A stretch of DNA of 64,000 bases from Gammaproteobacteria bacterium (GTDB taxonomy: Bacteria; Pseudomonadota; Gammaproteobacteria; Eutrophobiales; Eutrophobiaceae). The notes under the pieces were generated by a model that saw only the letters and a list, made by a program, of their open reading frames with translations, was not told the DNA's origin and made no database searches. Made by a program: the position numbers and the translations under genes. The stretch lies in NCBI GenBank assembly GCA_022826885.1, contig JAJDUB010000059.1:7172-71171 (forward strand), read 5' to 3'. This document shows positions 27,675 through 36,574 of this stretch, one piece after another (the first letter of the stretch is position 1; every line of letters starts with the position of its first letter).

Positions 27675-27992
27675 ATGAAAAAGGAATTTCGAGACACCAT
27701 CAAAATAGCTGCAACTATCAAGGATGATGTTCATCGCGACGCACTGATCGATCACTTGATTAATCACTTTCTTCCAGAATCGGATTTACGCGTAGAACGA
27801 TGGTTACGCCTCTTCAGTAACTTCACTTCAATCATAGTCGGTTTGCTGACATGCGCCCTACTGCTCTGGTTAATCTATGACTCCTATATCGAAGGCAACT
27901 ACGACTTTGCAAAAACTGTGCTGACTTCAGGCATCGGAGGCGCTGTGATCGGCAGTATCGCAACTTATTATTTTCAACGCAGTGATAAGTGA
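27675..27992 (+). CDS. Hypothetical membrane protein (105 aa, two C-terminal TM helices)
   Basis: Hydrophobic stretches FTSIIVGLLTCALLLWLIY and VLTSGIGGAVIGSIATYYF; AT-rich. Confidence 0.55.
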   Translation: MKKEFRDTIKIAATIKDDVHRDALIDHLINHFLPESDLRVERWLRLFSNFTSIIVGLLTCALLLWLIYDSYIEGNYDFAKTVLTSGIGGAVIGSIATYYFQRSDK

Positions 27993-28006
27993 AAGAGACA
28001 GGTGGA

Positions 28007-31000
28007 TTACTCAATCACCACCAGCAGGTCGCCGGTATCAACCACGTGGTCGGGACTGACGACGACCCGTTTGATGATACCGCTTTTCTCTGCCGGAATA
28101 GCCGATTGCATTTTCATCGCCTCCAGCACCACCACCGTGTCGCCCTGCCGGATGCGTTCTCCGGTCGATACTTCCACGGCAACGACCAATCCGGGCATGG
28201 GCGCTGCCAGGTGGGCAGGATTGGCCGGGTCGGCTTTTTCATTCTGGTGAACCTCATAGCTCAGGTTATTGTCCCTGACAATGACCGTCTGTGGCTGGCC
28301 GTTCAGCTCAAAAAATACCCGGCGCATGCCTTCTTCATCAGGCTCCGACGTTGCCAGGTAATGCACGATCGCCTGCCGGTTATCCTCAAAAGATAATACC
28401 GTTTCCTCTCCGCTTTGCAGGCCATAGAAAAAAATATGGGTCGGCAAAATACTGACATCACCGTACTTACGTTCCATTTCAGCATAGTCCGTGAAAACAC
28501 TCGGATACATCAGGTAGGAGGCCAGATCGAAATCGGAGACATCCTCCTTGAGTTGCGCTGAAAGGGTTTCCCTGGTCTGTTCAAGGTCGATGGAAGACAG
28601 TGCATCGCCAGGGCGGACCTGCAAGGGTGTCTTCCCGTTCAATACCTTGGCCTGCAGCGCAGACGGAAACCCTCCGGCAGGCTGCCCCATTTCCCCGTGG
28701 AAAAACTGGATCACCGATTCCGGGAATGCAATTTCCTTCTCAGGATCAAGAACATCCTGTTTCGTCAGACCGGCGGTCACCATTGCCAGGGCCATATCGC
28801 CCACCACCTTGGAGGTAGGCGTCACCTTGACGATGTCTCCGAACAATTCATTCGCGTCCGCATAGGCTTGGGCAATTTCGGGCCAGCGCCTGTCGATCCC
28901 GAGTGAACGCGCCTGTTCTCTCAGGTTGGTATACTGGCCGCCGGGCATTTCATGGACATAGACCTCCGAGGCGCCCGAACGGATGGGGGGCTCGAAAGCG
29001 GTGTACTGTTCTCTCACCTCTTCCCAGTAACCGCTGATAACCCGGATGGCCTCTGCATTAAGATTGGTACTCTTATCGGTGTGCTCCAGGGATGCCACAA
29101 TTGCGCCCATATTCGGTTGTGACGTGAGGCCGCTCATGCTGTCGATTGCCGTATCGACAATATCCGCGCCCGCTTCCACCGCAGCCAGCACGGTCGCTGC
29201 AGAAATGCCGCTGGTATCGTGGGTATGCAAATGGACCGGCAGGTCGATCTCCTGCTTCAAAGCCGTAATCAACAAACGCGCCGCACCCGGTTTCAGCAAA
29301 CCCGCCATGTCTTTTATACCCAGTATATGACTACCCATATCCCGGTATTGACATGCCAGGTCCAGGTAATAGTCCAGGTTGTACTTTTGCTTTGCAGGGT
29401 TCTGGATATCTCCGGTATAGCAGATCGCAGCTTCAATGATTTTTCCCGTTTCCCCCACCGCGTCTATGGCTACCTGCATGTTTTCCGGCCAATTGAGGCT
29501 GTCGAATATCCTGAATACGTCAATACCCGCATCGGCGGCCTGGTGGATGAAAAACCTGACCACGTTATCCGGGTAACTCTTGTAACCGACTGCATTTGAT
29601 GCCCTCAGCAGCATCTGTTGCATGATGTTGGGCATGGCGGCACTTAGGTCAAACAATCTCTGCCACGGGTCTTCATGTAGAAATCGAAGAGCCACGTCGA
29701 AGGTGGCGCCGCCCCAGGACTCGACGGAAAACAGGTCCGACATATTGTGCGCGTAGTAAGGAGCAATCGCGATCAGGTCTTTTGTCCTGAGCCGGGTTGC
29801 CAGCAACGACTGGTGTGCATCGCGAAACGTAGTGTCCGTAACAAGAGGCTTGTTCTGTTCCCTGATCCAGTTCACCAGTCCTCTTGCCCCGGTTTCATCG
29901 AAGATAGCCTTCGGCCCGTTCGCCGGCAGATTCCCGACGGCCACAGGCGCTGCGGGTTCACGCAAAGAAAACGGAACCGAGCGGTCCTTCACATCTCCGT
30001 TACCGTTTACGATGACATCGGCAATAAACCTGAGCAGTCGTTCAACCTGGCCGTGGCCGCCGCCGGTTTCAAACAATTCCGGAGTCTCGTCAATAAAACG
30101 CGTGTTGTAATCACCGGATTGAAATTTCGGATGGGTCAACAGTTGTAATAAAAACGGCAAGTTGGTTGCCACGCCGCGCACCCGGAATTCCATCAGCGCC
30201 CGTCTCATGCGGTTGATGCTGTCCTCGCCGTCGCTGCCGCGTGCGGTGACCTTCACCAGCAGACTGTCATAGGCGCGGGAGATCCAGGCGCCGTTATATG
30301 CGGTACCGCCATCGAGACGGATTCCCGGCCCTGAAGGACTCCGGTAGGCGATGATATTGCCGTAATCCGGTATAAAGTTGTTGTTCGGGTCTTCGGCGGT
30401 AACCCGGCATTGAATGGCGGTTCCGGAGACGCGGATGGCAGATTGCGCCGGGACTATCGAACCGGATCTGCCGATCTTTTCGCCTTCCGCGATCCTGATT
30501 TGCGCCTTGACGATATCGATTCCCGTTATCTCTTCGGTAACCGTGTGTTCAACCTGGATTCTCGGGTTGACCTCGATAAAATAGAATGAATTATCCACCC
30601 TGTTGTAGAGAAACTCGACAGTGGCCGCATTATCCAGGCCTGCTTTGCGGGCCAGCTTGATGGCTGCCCGGCACATTTCCTCGCGTACTCTTTTCGGCAG
30701 GTAGATGGCCGGCGCTCGCTCAATAACTTTTTGATGCCGGCGTTGCAACGAACAGTCACGCTCATACAAATGGACTACATTGCCGTGATGATCAGCGAGG
30801 ATTTGTACCTCGATATGCATCGCGTCTTCGACCAGCTTTTCGAAAAATACTTCATCACTGCCGAAAGAGGTCCTGGCTTCCTCGCGCGCACGCTTTACCG
30901 TATCATGCAGTCCCCTGACATCCCTGATAACCCTCATACCGCGCCCGCCGCCGCCCCAACTGGCCTTCAGCATCAAGGGGTATCCGATTGCCCCGGCGAT

Positions 31001-31459
31001 CTTTTCCGTTTCCCGGTCGTCCGCAGTTAACGGTCCGGATGCCGGCATCACAGGAATTCCTGCCTTGACGGCCAATTCACGCGCCTTGACCTTGTTGCCC
31101 AGATCCCGCAGCACAGCCGCGTTGGGGCCGATAAAACTGATACCGTGCCGTTCACACTGTTCGGCAAAACCGGCATTCTCCGATAAAAAGCCATAGCCCG
31201 GATGCAGCGCATCGCACTCGGACTCGACGGCAACGCGCAGAATGTCCGCGCCGTCCAGGTATGCTTCGACGGGCCCGACGCCTACGCCGACCTGGTATGA
31301 CTGGTCAGGCTTGAACCGGTGCAGGGCAAGGCGATCTTCCTCCGAGAAAATACCGACCGTACCAATACCCATCTCCTTTGCCGCGCGGATGACCCGAATG
31401 GCAATCTCGCCCCGGTTGGCAATGAGTATGCGTTTGATCGTGTTTTTGGAATTACGCAA
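28007..31459 (-). CDS. pyc: Pyruvate carboxylase, single-chain BC-CT-BCCP form
   Basis: ANRGEIA, HPGYGFLSEN, ERDCSLQRRHQKV, DTTFRDAHQSLLATR, WGGATFD, HEMPGGQYTNL, EAMKM biotinylation motif. Confidence 0.95.
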   Translation of the reverse strand: MRNSKNTIKRILIANRGEIAIRVIRAAKEMGIGTVGIFSEEDRLALHRFKPDQSYQVGVGVGPVEAYLDGADILRVAVESECDALHPGYGFLSENAGFAEQCERHGISFIGPNAAVLRDLGNKVKARELAVKAGIPVMPASGPLTADDRETEKIAGAIGYPLMLKASWGGGGRGMRVIRDVRGLHDTVKRAREEARTSFGSDEVFFEKLVEDAMHIEVQILADHHGNVVHLYERDCSLQRRHQKVIERAPAIYLPKRVREEMCRAAIKLARKAGLDNAATVEFLYNRVDNSFYFIEVNPRIQVEHTVTEEITGIDIVKAQIRIAEGEKIGRSGSIVPAQSAIRVSGTAIQCRVTAEDPNNNFIPDYGNIIAYRSPSGPGIRLDGGTAYNGAWISRAYDSLLVKVTARGSDGEDSINRMRRALMEFRVRGVATNLPFLLQLLTHPKFQSGDYNTRFIDETPELFETGGGHGQVERLLRFIADVIVNGNGDVKDRSVPFSLREPAAPVAVGNLPANGPKAIFDETGARGLVNWIREQNKPLVTDTTFRDAHQSLLATRLRTKDLIAIAPYYAHNMSDLFSVESWGGATFDVALRFLHEDPWQRLFDLSAAMPNIMQQMLLRASNAVGYKSYPDNVVRFFIHQAADAGIDVFRIFDSLNWPENMQVAIDAVGETGKIIEAAICYTGDIQNPAKQKYNLDYYLDLACQYRDMGSHILGIKDMAGLLKPGAARLLITALKQEIDLPVHLHTHDTSGISAATVLAAVEAGADIVDTAIDSMSGLTSQPNMGAIVASLEHTDKSTNLNAEAIRVISGYWEEVREQYTAFEPPIRSGASEVYVHEMPGGQYTNLREQARSLGIDRRWPEIAQAYADANELFGDIVKVTPTSKVVGDMALAMVTAGLTKQDVLDPEKEIAFPESVIQFFHGEMGQPAGGFPSALQAKVLNGKTPLQVRPGDALSSIDLEQTRETLSAQLKEDVSDFDLASYLMYPSVFTDYAEMERKYGDVSILPTHIFFYGLQSGEETVLSFEDNRQAIVHYLATSEPDEEGMRRVFFELNGQPQTVIVRDNNLSYEVHQNEKADPANPAHLAAPMPGLVVAVEVSTGERIRQGDTVVVLEAMKMQSAIPAEKSGIIKRVVVSPDHVVDTGDLLVVIE

Positions 31460-31523
31460 GAATTAAACATCCGCAGCACACAAAGATGTCTATCTTATCG
31501 TAGTATCAGGTCAAAGCAACAAG

Positions 31524-31552
31524 GGAACCACTGAATGAGTCTCAGAGGTTCC
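31524..31552. repeat. Short palindromic element, copy 1 (related to 43240-43266)
   Basis: GGAACCACTGAATGAGTCTCAGAGGTTCC; terminal GGAACC/GGTTCC and CTGA/TCAG pair. Confidence 0.55.
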
Positions 31553-31559
31553 TGAACTG

Positions 31560-32384
31560 TTACGGCAGCTTGCCCTCGGGGTTGGTGCACTCTGAGGTGA
31601 ACGCCTGCTTCCATTCACCCAGCCGTTCCTCGAAATCCTCCCAGTCGCTCAGATCGCTTGTGTTCCTGTACATGGCAAACGGACGCAGGCTGTCAAGATA
31701 AAATTGCACCTGCTCATCTTTCCTGAACTTTTCCGCTTCATAACGGTTCCAGTGGACCACCTGCTGCAGGGGCCGCCGGTACCTGGAAGAAACGTCTTTT
31801 GCCGGGAAACCGATGGGAATGGTGCCGTAGGCCCTCAGGAACGGGGGATATCCCAATAATTCACTCAACTCATCGTTGGTCTGTTGCTCACCGCCGCCGG
31901 ACAGCCACGCAGAGGTCAGTCCGTTCGCAGTGACCGCCAGTTGTATATTCTGTATTGCGGCGCCGATGGAGCAGTAAAAGATATTCTCGTTATTCTGCTG
32001 GTAATCCGCTTCGGTTTCCGGTGTCACGCCATGGGGGAAATTGATATTCCAGCGCCGGTCTCCCAGAACGATGAAGATGGCAACCGTATTGTTGAGGTAA
32101 CTTTTGTAGACGGACGGAAATCCTTTCGCGTATTTCTTCAGCCGGTCGGCCTGGCGCAGGAACACCTCCACCACCCGGTCCCGCATGTCCGGGTCTTCCA
32201 CGACGATGAAGTCCCAGGGCTGCACGTTCGCGCCGCTCGGCGCCCAGCGCCCCGCTTCGGCAATACGTTCCAGCACCTCGCGGGAGATGGATCGTCCCTT
32301 CTCGAAGCGGCGCACGCTGCGCCGCTTGCGGATTATATCGATGAACGCGTCGTAGTCGGGATTGTTCAGCTTTACGTCAGCCAC
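31560..32384 (-). CDS. Nitroreductase family flavoprotein
   Basis: RRSVRRF, WAPSGANVQPWDF, SIGAAIQNIQLA. Probable GTG start at 32384 overlaps the receptor stop. Confidence 0.85.
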   Translation of the reverse strand: MADVKLNNPDYDAFIDIIRKRRSVRRFEKGRSISREVLERIAEAGRWAPSGANVQPWDFIVVEDPDMRDRVVEVFLRQADRLKKYAKGFPSVYKSYLNNTVAIFIVLGDRRWNINFPHGVTPETEADYQQNNENIFYCSIGAAIQNIQLAVTANGLTSAWLSGGGEQQTNDELSELLGYPPFLRAYGTIPIGFPAKDVSSRYRRPLQQVVHWNRYEAEKFRKDEQVQFYLDSLRPFAMYRNTSDLSDWEDFEERLGEWKQAFTSECTNPEGKLP

Positions 32385-34674
32385 CCCAGTTATATCGAAT
32401 GGTTCCGCCGAACCAGCGCGGCGGGTTGGGCACATCGATCAGTATCCCCGTGAAGGTGCTCAGATCGAATGTCGTCGCTACGTAATTTTCGTTGGTGAAA
32501 TTCTTCAGCCACAAACCAAGTTCCCATCTGCCATTACTGGTGGTGTAGTCAATCCTGGCATTCGCCACGACGTAAGAACCATCAAACAGGGCGGGATGAT
32601 CAATACCGTTCAGGGCCCGCCGGTCAACATAGTTGAAATCAACCTGGGCAGCCATCGAGCCTCCAGCCATGGGCCATTCGTAACGGCCCAGGCCGTTGAG
32701 CGTCACATCAGGCGCATTCGGCATGGGCATGTCCCGGGTAGCGCCGGCAAACGTGACGTCTTTTTGTTTGGCGTCCTGCAGCGAGAGGCCAAGCAGGAGT
32801 TCCAGGCCCTCGAACGGATTGGCAGTAAGTTCGATTTCAGCTCCCGTGTTTTCCGCGTCGGTATTAAATACGATCAGGTTTATCCCCTGTGCGGAAAAAT
32901 TCTGGAAGCCTTCATAATCATAATGAAACACGCTTGCATTGAGGCGCGCCCTGCCATTGAATAACGTGGCTTTAACTCCACCTTCATAACTTTTCAATAC
33001 TTCTCCATCGAACGAGAATACCGTGGCTGCGTCAAAGAGGAAAGTCGCGCCGGCGTTGTATCCACCTGCTTTATTACCGCGGCTGTACTTTGCGTACACC
33101 AGCAAATCGTCAGTGGGCGTCCAGTCCAGTTCAAACACCCCCGACCATTCTCCTTCGCTGCGACTATCGGCAAGGGGTGGGCCGATCTGTGCCGTGCCGC
33201 CGAAGAAAAGGTCGCAGGGATCGGCAGGCAAGCCGAATGCTTCACCCGGTCCCGCATTGAAACACAGCGGTGTGGCTGCAATGTCCTTTTCGTCTTCCGT
33301 CCAGCGGAACCCGCCTATGAACGTAAACTGGTCTGTCAGCGCGTACTCAGCCTGCAGGAAAACAGCATAGCTTTCCGTTTCAAGCTCAATGGTATTGTCG
33401 AAATCGACCAGGCAACAGTTCATTAAGCCGGTAATAGCCAGAATATCACTGTCGATATTCAGGTAATAGGCGCCTGCCACCCATTTGAGCTTTTCTGTCT
33501 CCCCATGAATCTGCAATTCCTGGGAAATCTGGTTGCTGTCCACTCCCTGCTCATAGGTAAACAATGGCGCCGGCGTGCCATCAACATCTTCCAGGTACTG
33601 CTTCTCAAAATCCTGCCAGTTGGTTATGGATACGATTTTCAGTCCGTCACTGACGTCCCATTCGATCTTGCCGGTCAGTCCATAGTGATCACGTTTAAAA
33701 AACCCTGGCTCATTGAGGGAGATCTTGTTATCACCATCGTCCGGTTCGGTAAACCCGAAACAGTCGGTTGCGCCGGGCGCCAGCGGGAATGGCGGCCCCA
33801 ACCAGGCTGCGCAAAAAGCATCCTGCTGTGCGGCCGTCCCTATCTTGGTCAAACCGTCGCCCACAAGACCGGGTATCGCGCCGGGGGCGAAATCGTTCAA
33901 TGCGGGTCGAATATTATATCCCTGGCCATAGGCGTCATCGATCCCCCAGTTTCCCGTTACATGCACGGATAAATCATCACTGGGTTCAAAGAGCAGTTGT
34001 ACCCGGCCGCTGAAATTATCGACATCGTTTACATCAGGGCCAGTCCGGTTTTCCTGGTAACCGTCCGTATTTTCATAGGCAAGGGACAAACGGCCCGACA
34101 AACTGTCCCCGAGAGGACCGTTGACCGCGCCTTCTGCACGAATCTGGCCGTATTCCCCACCTGTCAGTTCAAGAAACCCTTCGTTCTCACGGGTTGGCTT
34201 GTTGGATATTACATGCACCAGCCCGCCGGTTGCGTTACGTCCGAACAAGGTGCCCTGCGGGCCGCGTAAAACCTCGATGCGGTCAACGTCAAAAAAGCTG
34301 AAAGCTATACCGCCCATATAACTGTTGTAAATTCCGTCTGAATAGACGGCGACCGGAGGTTCCTGGTGGTCTGCAAAATCAAGCTGGGACGACCCGCGGA
34401 TGGTGAACTGGGTAATCGTACCGCCGAAATCCGTCACCAAAAGACCGGGGACCATATCATCCAGTTGCAGTGTTGAAGTAATGCCCAACTGTTTAAGCTG
34501 TTTTCCGGAGAATGCGGTAATGGAAATACCGACATCGGAGATGTCCTGCTCGCGTTTTTGCGCGGTGACGGTAATTTCTTCGAGAACCGCCGAGTAGGAA
34601 ACTGTCGATAACAACGACAACAGAACCGTACCGAATAAAAAATTTCCAAAACCACTGAATGTTTTTGCCTTCAT
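32377..34674 (-). CDS. TonB-dependent outer membrane receptor
   Basis: Signal peptide, LEEITVTAQKRE, RIEVLRGPQGTLFGRNATGG, terminal aromatic-rich strand. Confidence 0.93.
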   Translation of the reverse strand: MKAKTFSGFGNFLFGTVLLSLLSTVSYSAVLEEITVTAQKREQDISDVGISITAFSGKQLKQLGITSTLQLDDMVPGLLVTDFGGTITQFTIRGSSQLDFADHQEPPVAVYSDGIYNSYMGGIAFSFFDVDRIEVLRGPQGTLFGRNATGGLVHVISNKPTRENEGFLELTGGEYGQIRAEGAVNGPLGDSLSGRLSLAYENTDGYQENRTGPDVNDVDNFSGRVQLLFEPSDDLSVHVTGNWGIDDAYGQGYNIRPALNDFAPGAIPGLVGDGLTKIGTAAQQDAFCAAWLGPPFPLAPGATDCFGFTEPDDGDNKISLNEPGFFKRDHYGLTGKIEWDVSDGLKIVSITNWQDFEKQYLEDVDGTPAPLFTYEQGVDSNQISQELQIHGETEKLKWVAGAYYLNIDSDILAITGLMNCCLVDFDNTIELETESYAVFLQAEYALTDQFTFIGGFRWTEDEKDIAATPLCFNAGPGEAFGLPADPCDLFFGGTAQIGPPLADSRSEGEWSGVFELDWTPTDDLLVYAKYSRGNKAGGYNAGATFLFDAATVFSFDGEVLKSYEGGVKATLFNGRARLNASVFHYDYEGFQNFSAQGINLIVFNTDAENTGAEIELTANPFEGLELLLGLSLQDAKQKDVTFAGATRDMPMPNAPDVTLNGLGRYEWPMAGGSMAAQVDFNYVDRRALNGIDHPALFDGSYVVANARIDYTTSNGRWELGLWLKNFTNENYVATTFDLSTFTGILIDVPNPPRWFGGTIRYNWGG

Positions 34675-34735
34675 TTGAACCTCCCCTCGTAGTTATTCTA
34701 TGAAGTACAACTCATTTTCCAGTTACCGCCCTGGA

Positions 34736-35326
34736 TCACAATTTAACACACATCGCAATCCGGGTGCATTTTTTGTTATTGCAGTCAGTTACATCGTCGG
34801 CGCACGCGCTGACCGCCACCAGGCAATCCGCTTCCGCCCTTAATTCAATGTAGTCGTCTTTTTTGGAGGGGGAAGCTGCAACAAATAATTCACCATCCTC
34901 CCGCACCCCGGTATTCATGAAAATATTGAAGGGGTCCGGCAAGTCATCGGAAGAGATCCCGAACGGCTCCACTGCCGCCGACAGGTTCTCGAAACAGCCG
35001 TTGCGCGGGCCGACACCAAGAAGGTGTTCGTAAACATGAGAATGGCAGGGAGAGAAAACAATATCATGAACGCCGACGCTGTCCGCCGTTATCGTAAACA
35101 TGACATTGTCGCGGTTGGATATGAGTTCAGAGCCGGCCGAAAGGCGTGTGGTCCAGTTGCGCACCCGGGTTTTGGCCTGGGAGAACTTTTCCGCGTAATC
35201 GTCCAGTGAGAAACAGACGAAATCCGCGACCTGGCCGCCGTCCATGTCCTCCACCCGCAAAACCTGTCCCTGTTTCACCCGGACTGCCCGGCCGGATTTA
35301 GGTTCGATAATAATCTTGTTATCCAT
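34736..35326 (-). CDS. DUF1989 (urea-carboxylase-associated / YcgI-like) protein
   Basis: GGQVADF, GVHD...PC...GCFENL, PDPFNIFMN, LVAVSAC...CN. Confidence 0.85.
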   Translation of the reverse strand: MDNKIIIEPKSGRAVRVKQGQVLRVEDMDGGQVADFVCFSLDDYAEKFSQAKTRVRNWTTRLSAGSELISNRDNVMFTITADSVGVHDIVFSPCHSHVYEHLLGVGPRNGCFENLSAAVEPFGISSDDLPDPFNIFMNTGVREDGELFVAASPSKKDDYIELRAEADCLVAVSACADDVTDCNNKKCTRIAMCVKL

Positions 35327-35358
35327 TCACCACCCCATGTATGCTCCGCATTCTGTAT

Positions 35359-35391
35359 GATCATCATATTGTTTGTCAAAAGTTGATGATC
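35359..35391. promoter_or_regulatory. Inverted repeat in divergent promoter, putative operator
   Basis: GATCATCA-N17-TGATGATC between the DUF1989 and MFS starts. Confidence 0.45.
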
Positions 35392-35440
35392 GGGTCAATC
35401 CTTTGTAGCATCAAATAAATCTACCTTGCCTGTAGCCTCC

Positions 35441-36574
35441 ATGCCTAAACAGATAACCATGATAAGCACGGTTGCCGTATGTCTTGCTTACACAATCGCC
35501 CTGGTGCCGGGGAATTTAAGCCCCTTGATTGTCGGAGGACTCATCGCCGGTCTCGGACTGGGTGTGGCGGACGCCGGCATGAGCCTCAGTATCGAACTGT
35601 TGCTCATGGGTATTGCAGCAACCGGCCTGGCAACGCGGATATCCCGTATCGATGCCCGAAACGCATGCCTGGCAGGGGCGGCTGTATTATTTCTTGGTCA
35701 TGGATTTGCCGCTGTGGCCGGGAACCTGGAGGAAGTGATCGTATGGCGCAGTCTTGCGGGTGTAGGGGCCGGCGTTGTGCTCGCTGCTGTCAATGCAACC
35801 ATCGCCGGCTCATCCAATCCTCCCCGGTTATACGGGTTGACGCTCATGGCCCCGCCGTTAATCGGCGCCGTTGTCGCGTTCTTCATGTCACGCGCAATCG
35901 CTGCTTTCGCACATGCCGGCGCCTACGGCGTCCTGGCGCTGCTTACCCTGTTGGTATTGCCAATACTTGTCGTGTTTCCCGATTATCGCAGGGAAGCTAT
36001 GTCAATACAGCCGGAACCACTGCAAAATCACGGTCCGGGGGTAGCTCTCCTGCTCGCAACCTTCATCATGGGAACCTGCATGATGGCGTATTTTGCCTTC
36101 CTTGAGCGCCTTGGCGTCAGGCTGGACCTTTCGATCGAACGGATAGGTGATATCTTCACAGCCGTTGTGGTCGGCGGCGCCATTGGCGCCGGTATTGCCG
36201 GTGTTCTTGAGAAACGCATCGGACTCCGTCTCCCGTTAGTAGGTGGTGTCATACTTCACGCAACAGCCATAAGCATGGTTGTTCAGATCGAAGTATTGCC
36301 GGTATATATTGCAGGGGCATTGCTCGAAGGTATTACTCTGGTTTTTTTACTGACGTTCCTGCTCACGACAGCAGCCCTGCTCGACCCGCTCGGGCGCTGG
36401 GCGGCCGCGACGGGCGGCGCTTTCTCGTTAAGTCTCGGCGCGGGTCCTTATCTTGGAGGGGTGCTTATCGAGGCAGCAGGGTTTGAAGCACTAACCATTC
36501 TTAATATTGCCGGCGCCATCGTGGTAATTTTTCTTATCCTGTGGGCGACGAAATACGTTCGGGCCGATCAATAG
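35441..36574 (+). CDS. MFS transporter
   Basis: About 12 hydrophobic helices; WRSLAGVGAG motif; start uncertain (35426-35460). Confidence 0.8.
   Translation: MPKQITMISTVAVCLAYTIALVPGNLSPLIVGGLIAGLGLGVADAGMSLSIELLLMGIAATGLATRISRIDARNACLAGAAVLFLGHGFAAVAGNLEEVIVWRSLAGVGAGVVLAAVNATIAGSSNPPRLYGLTLMAPPLIGAVVAFFMSRAIAAFAHAGAYGVLALLTLLVLPILVVFPDYRREAMSIQPEPLQNHGPGVALLLATFIMGTCMMAYFAFLERLGVRLDLSIERIGDIFTAVVVGGAIGAGIAGVLEKRIGLRLPLVGGVILHATAISMVVQIEVLPVYIAGALLEGITLVFLLTFLLTTAALLDPLGRWAAATGGAFSLSLGAGPYLGGVLIEAAGFEALTILNIAGAIVVIFLILWATKYVRADQ

Noticed and set aside
35327-35440. Guanidine (ykkC) riboswitch upstream of DUF1989, and SAM/cobalamin riboswitches upstream of the methionine-related genes
   Set aside because: The leaders are short and show none of the conserved motifs I can recognise; an Rfam scan would be definitive.
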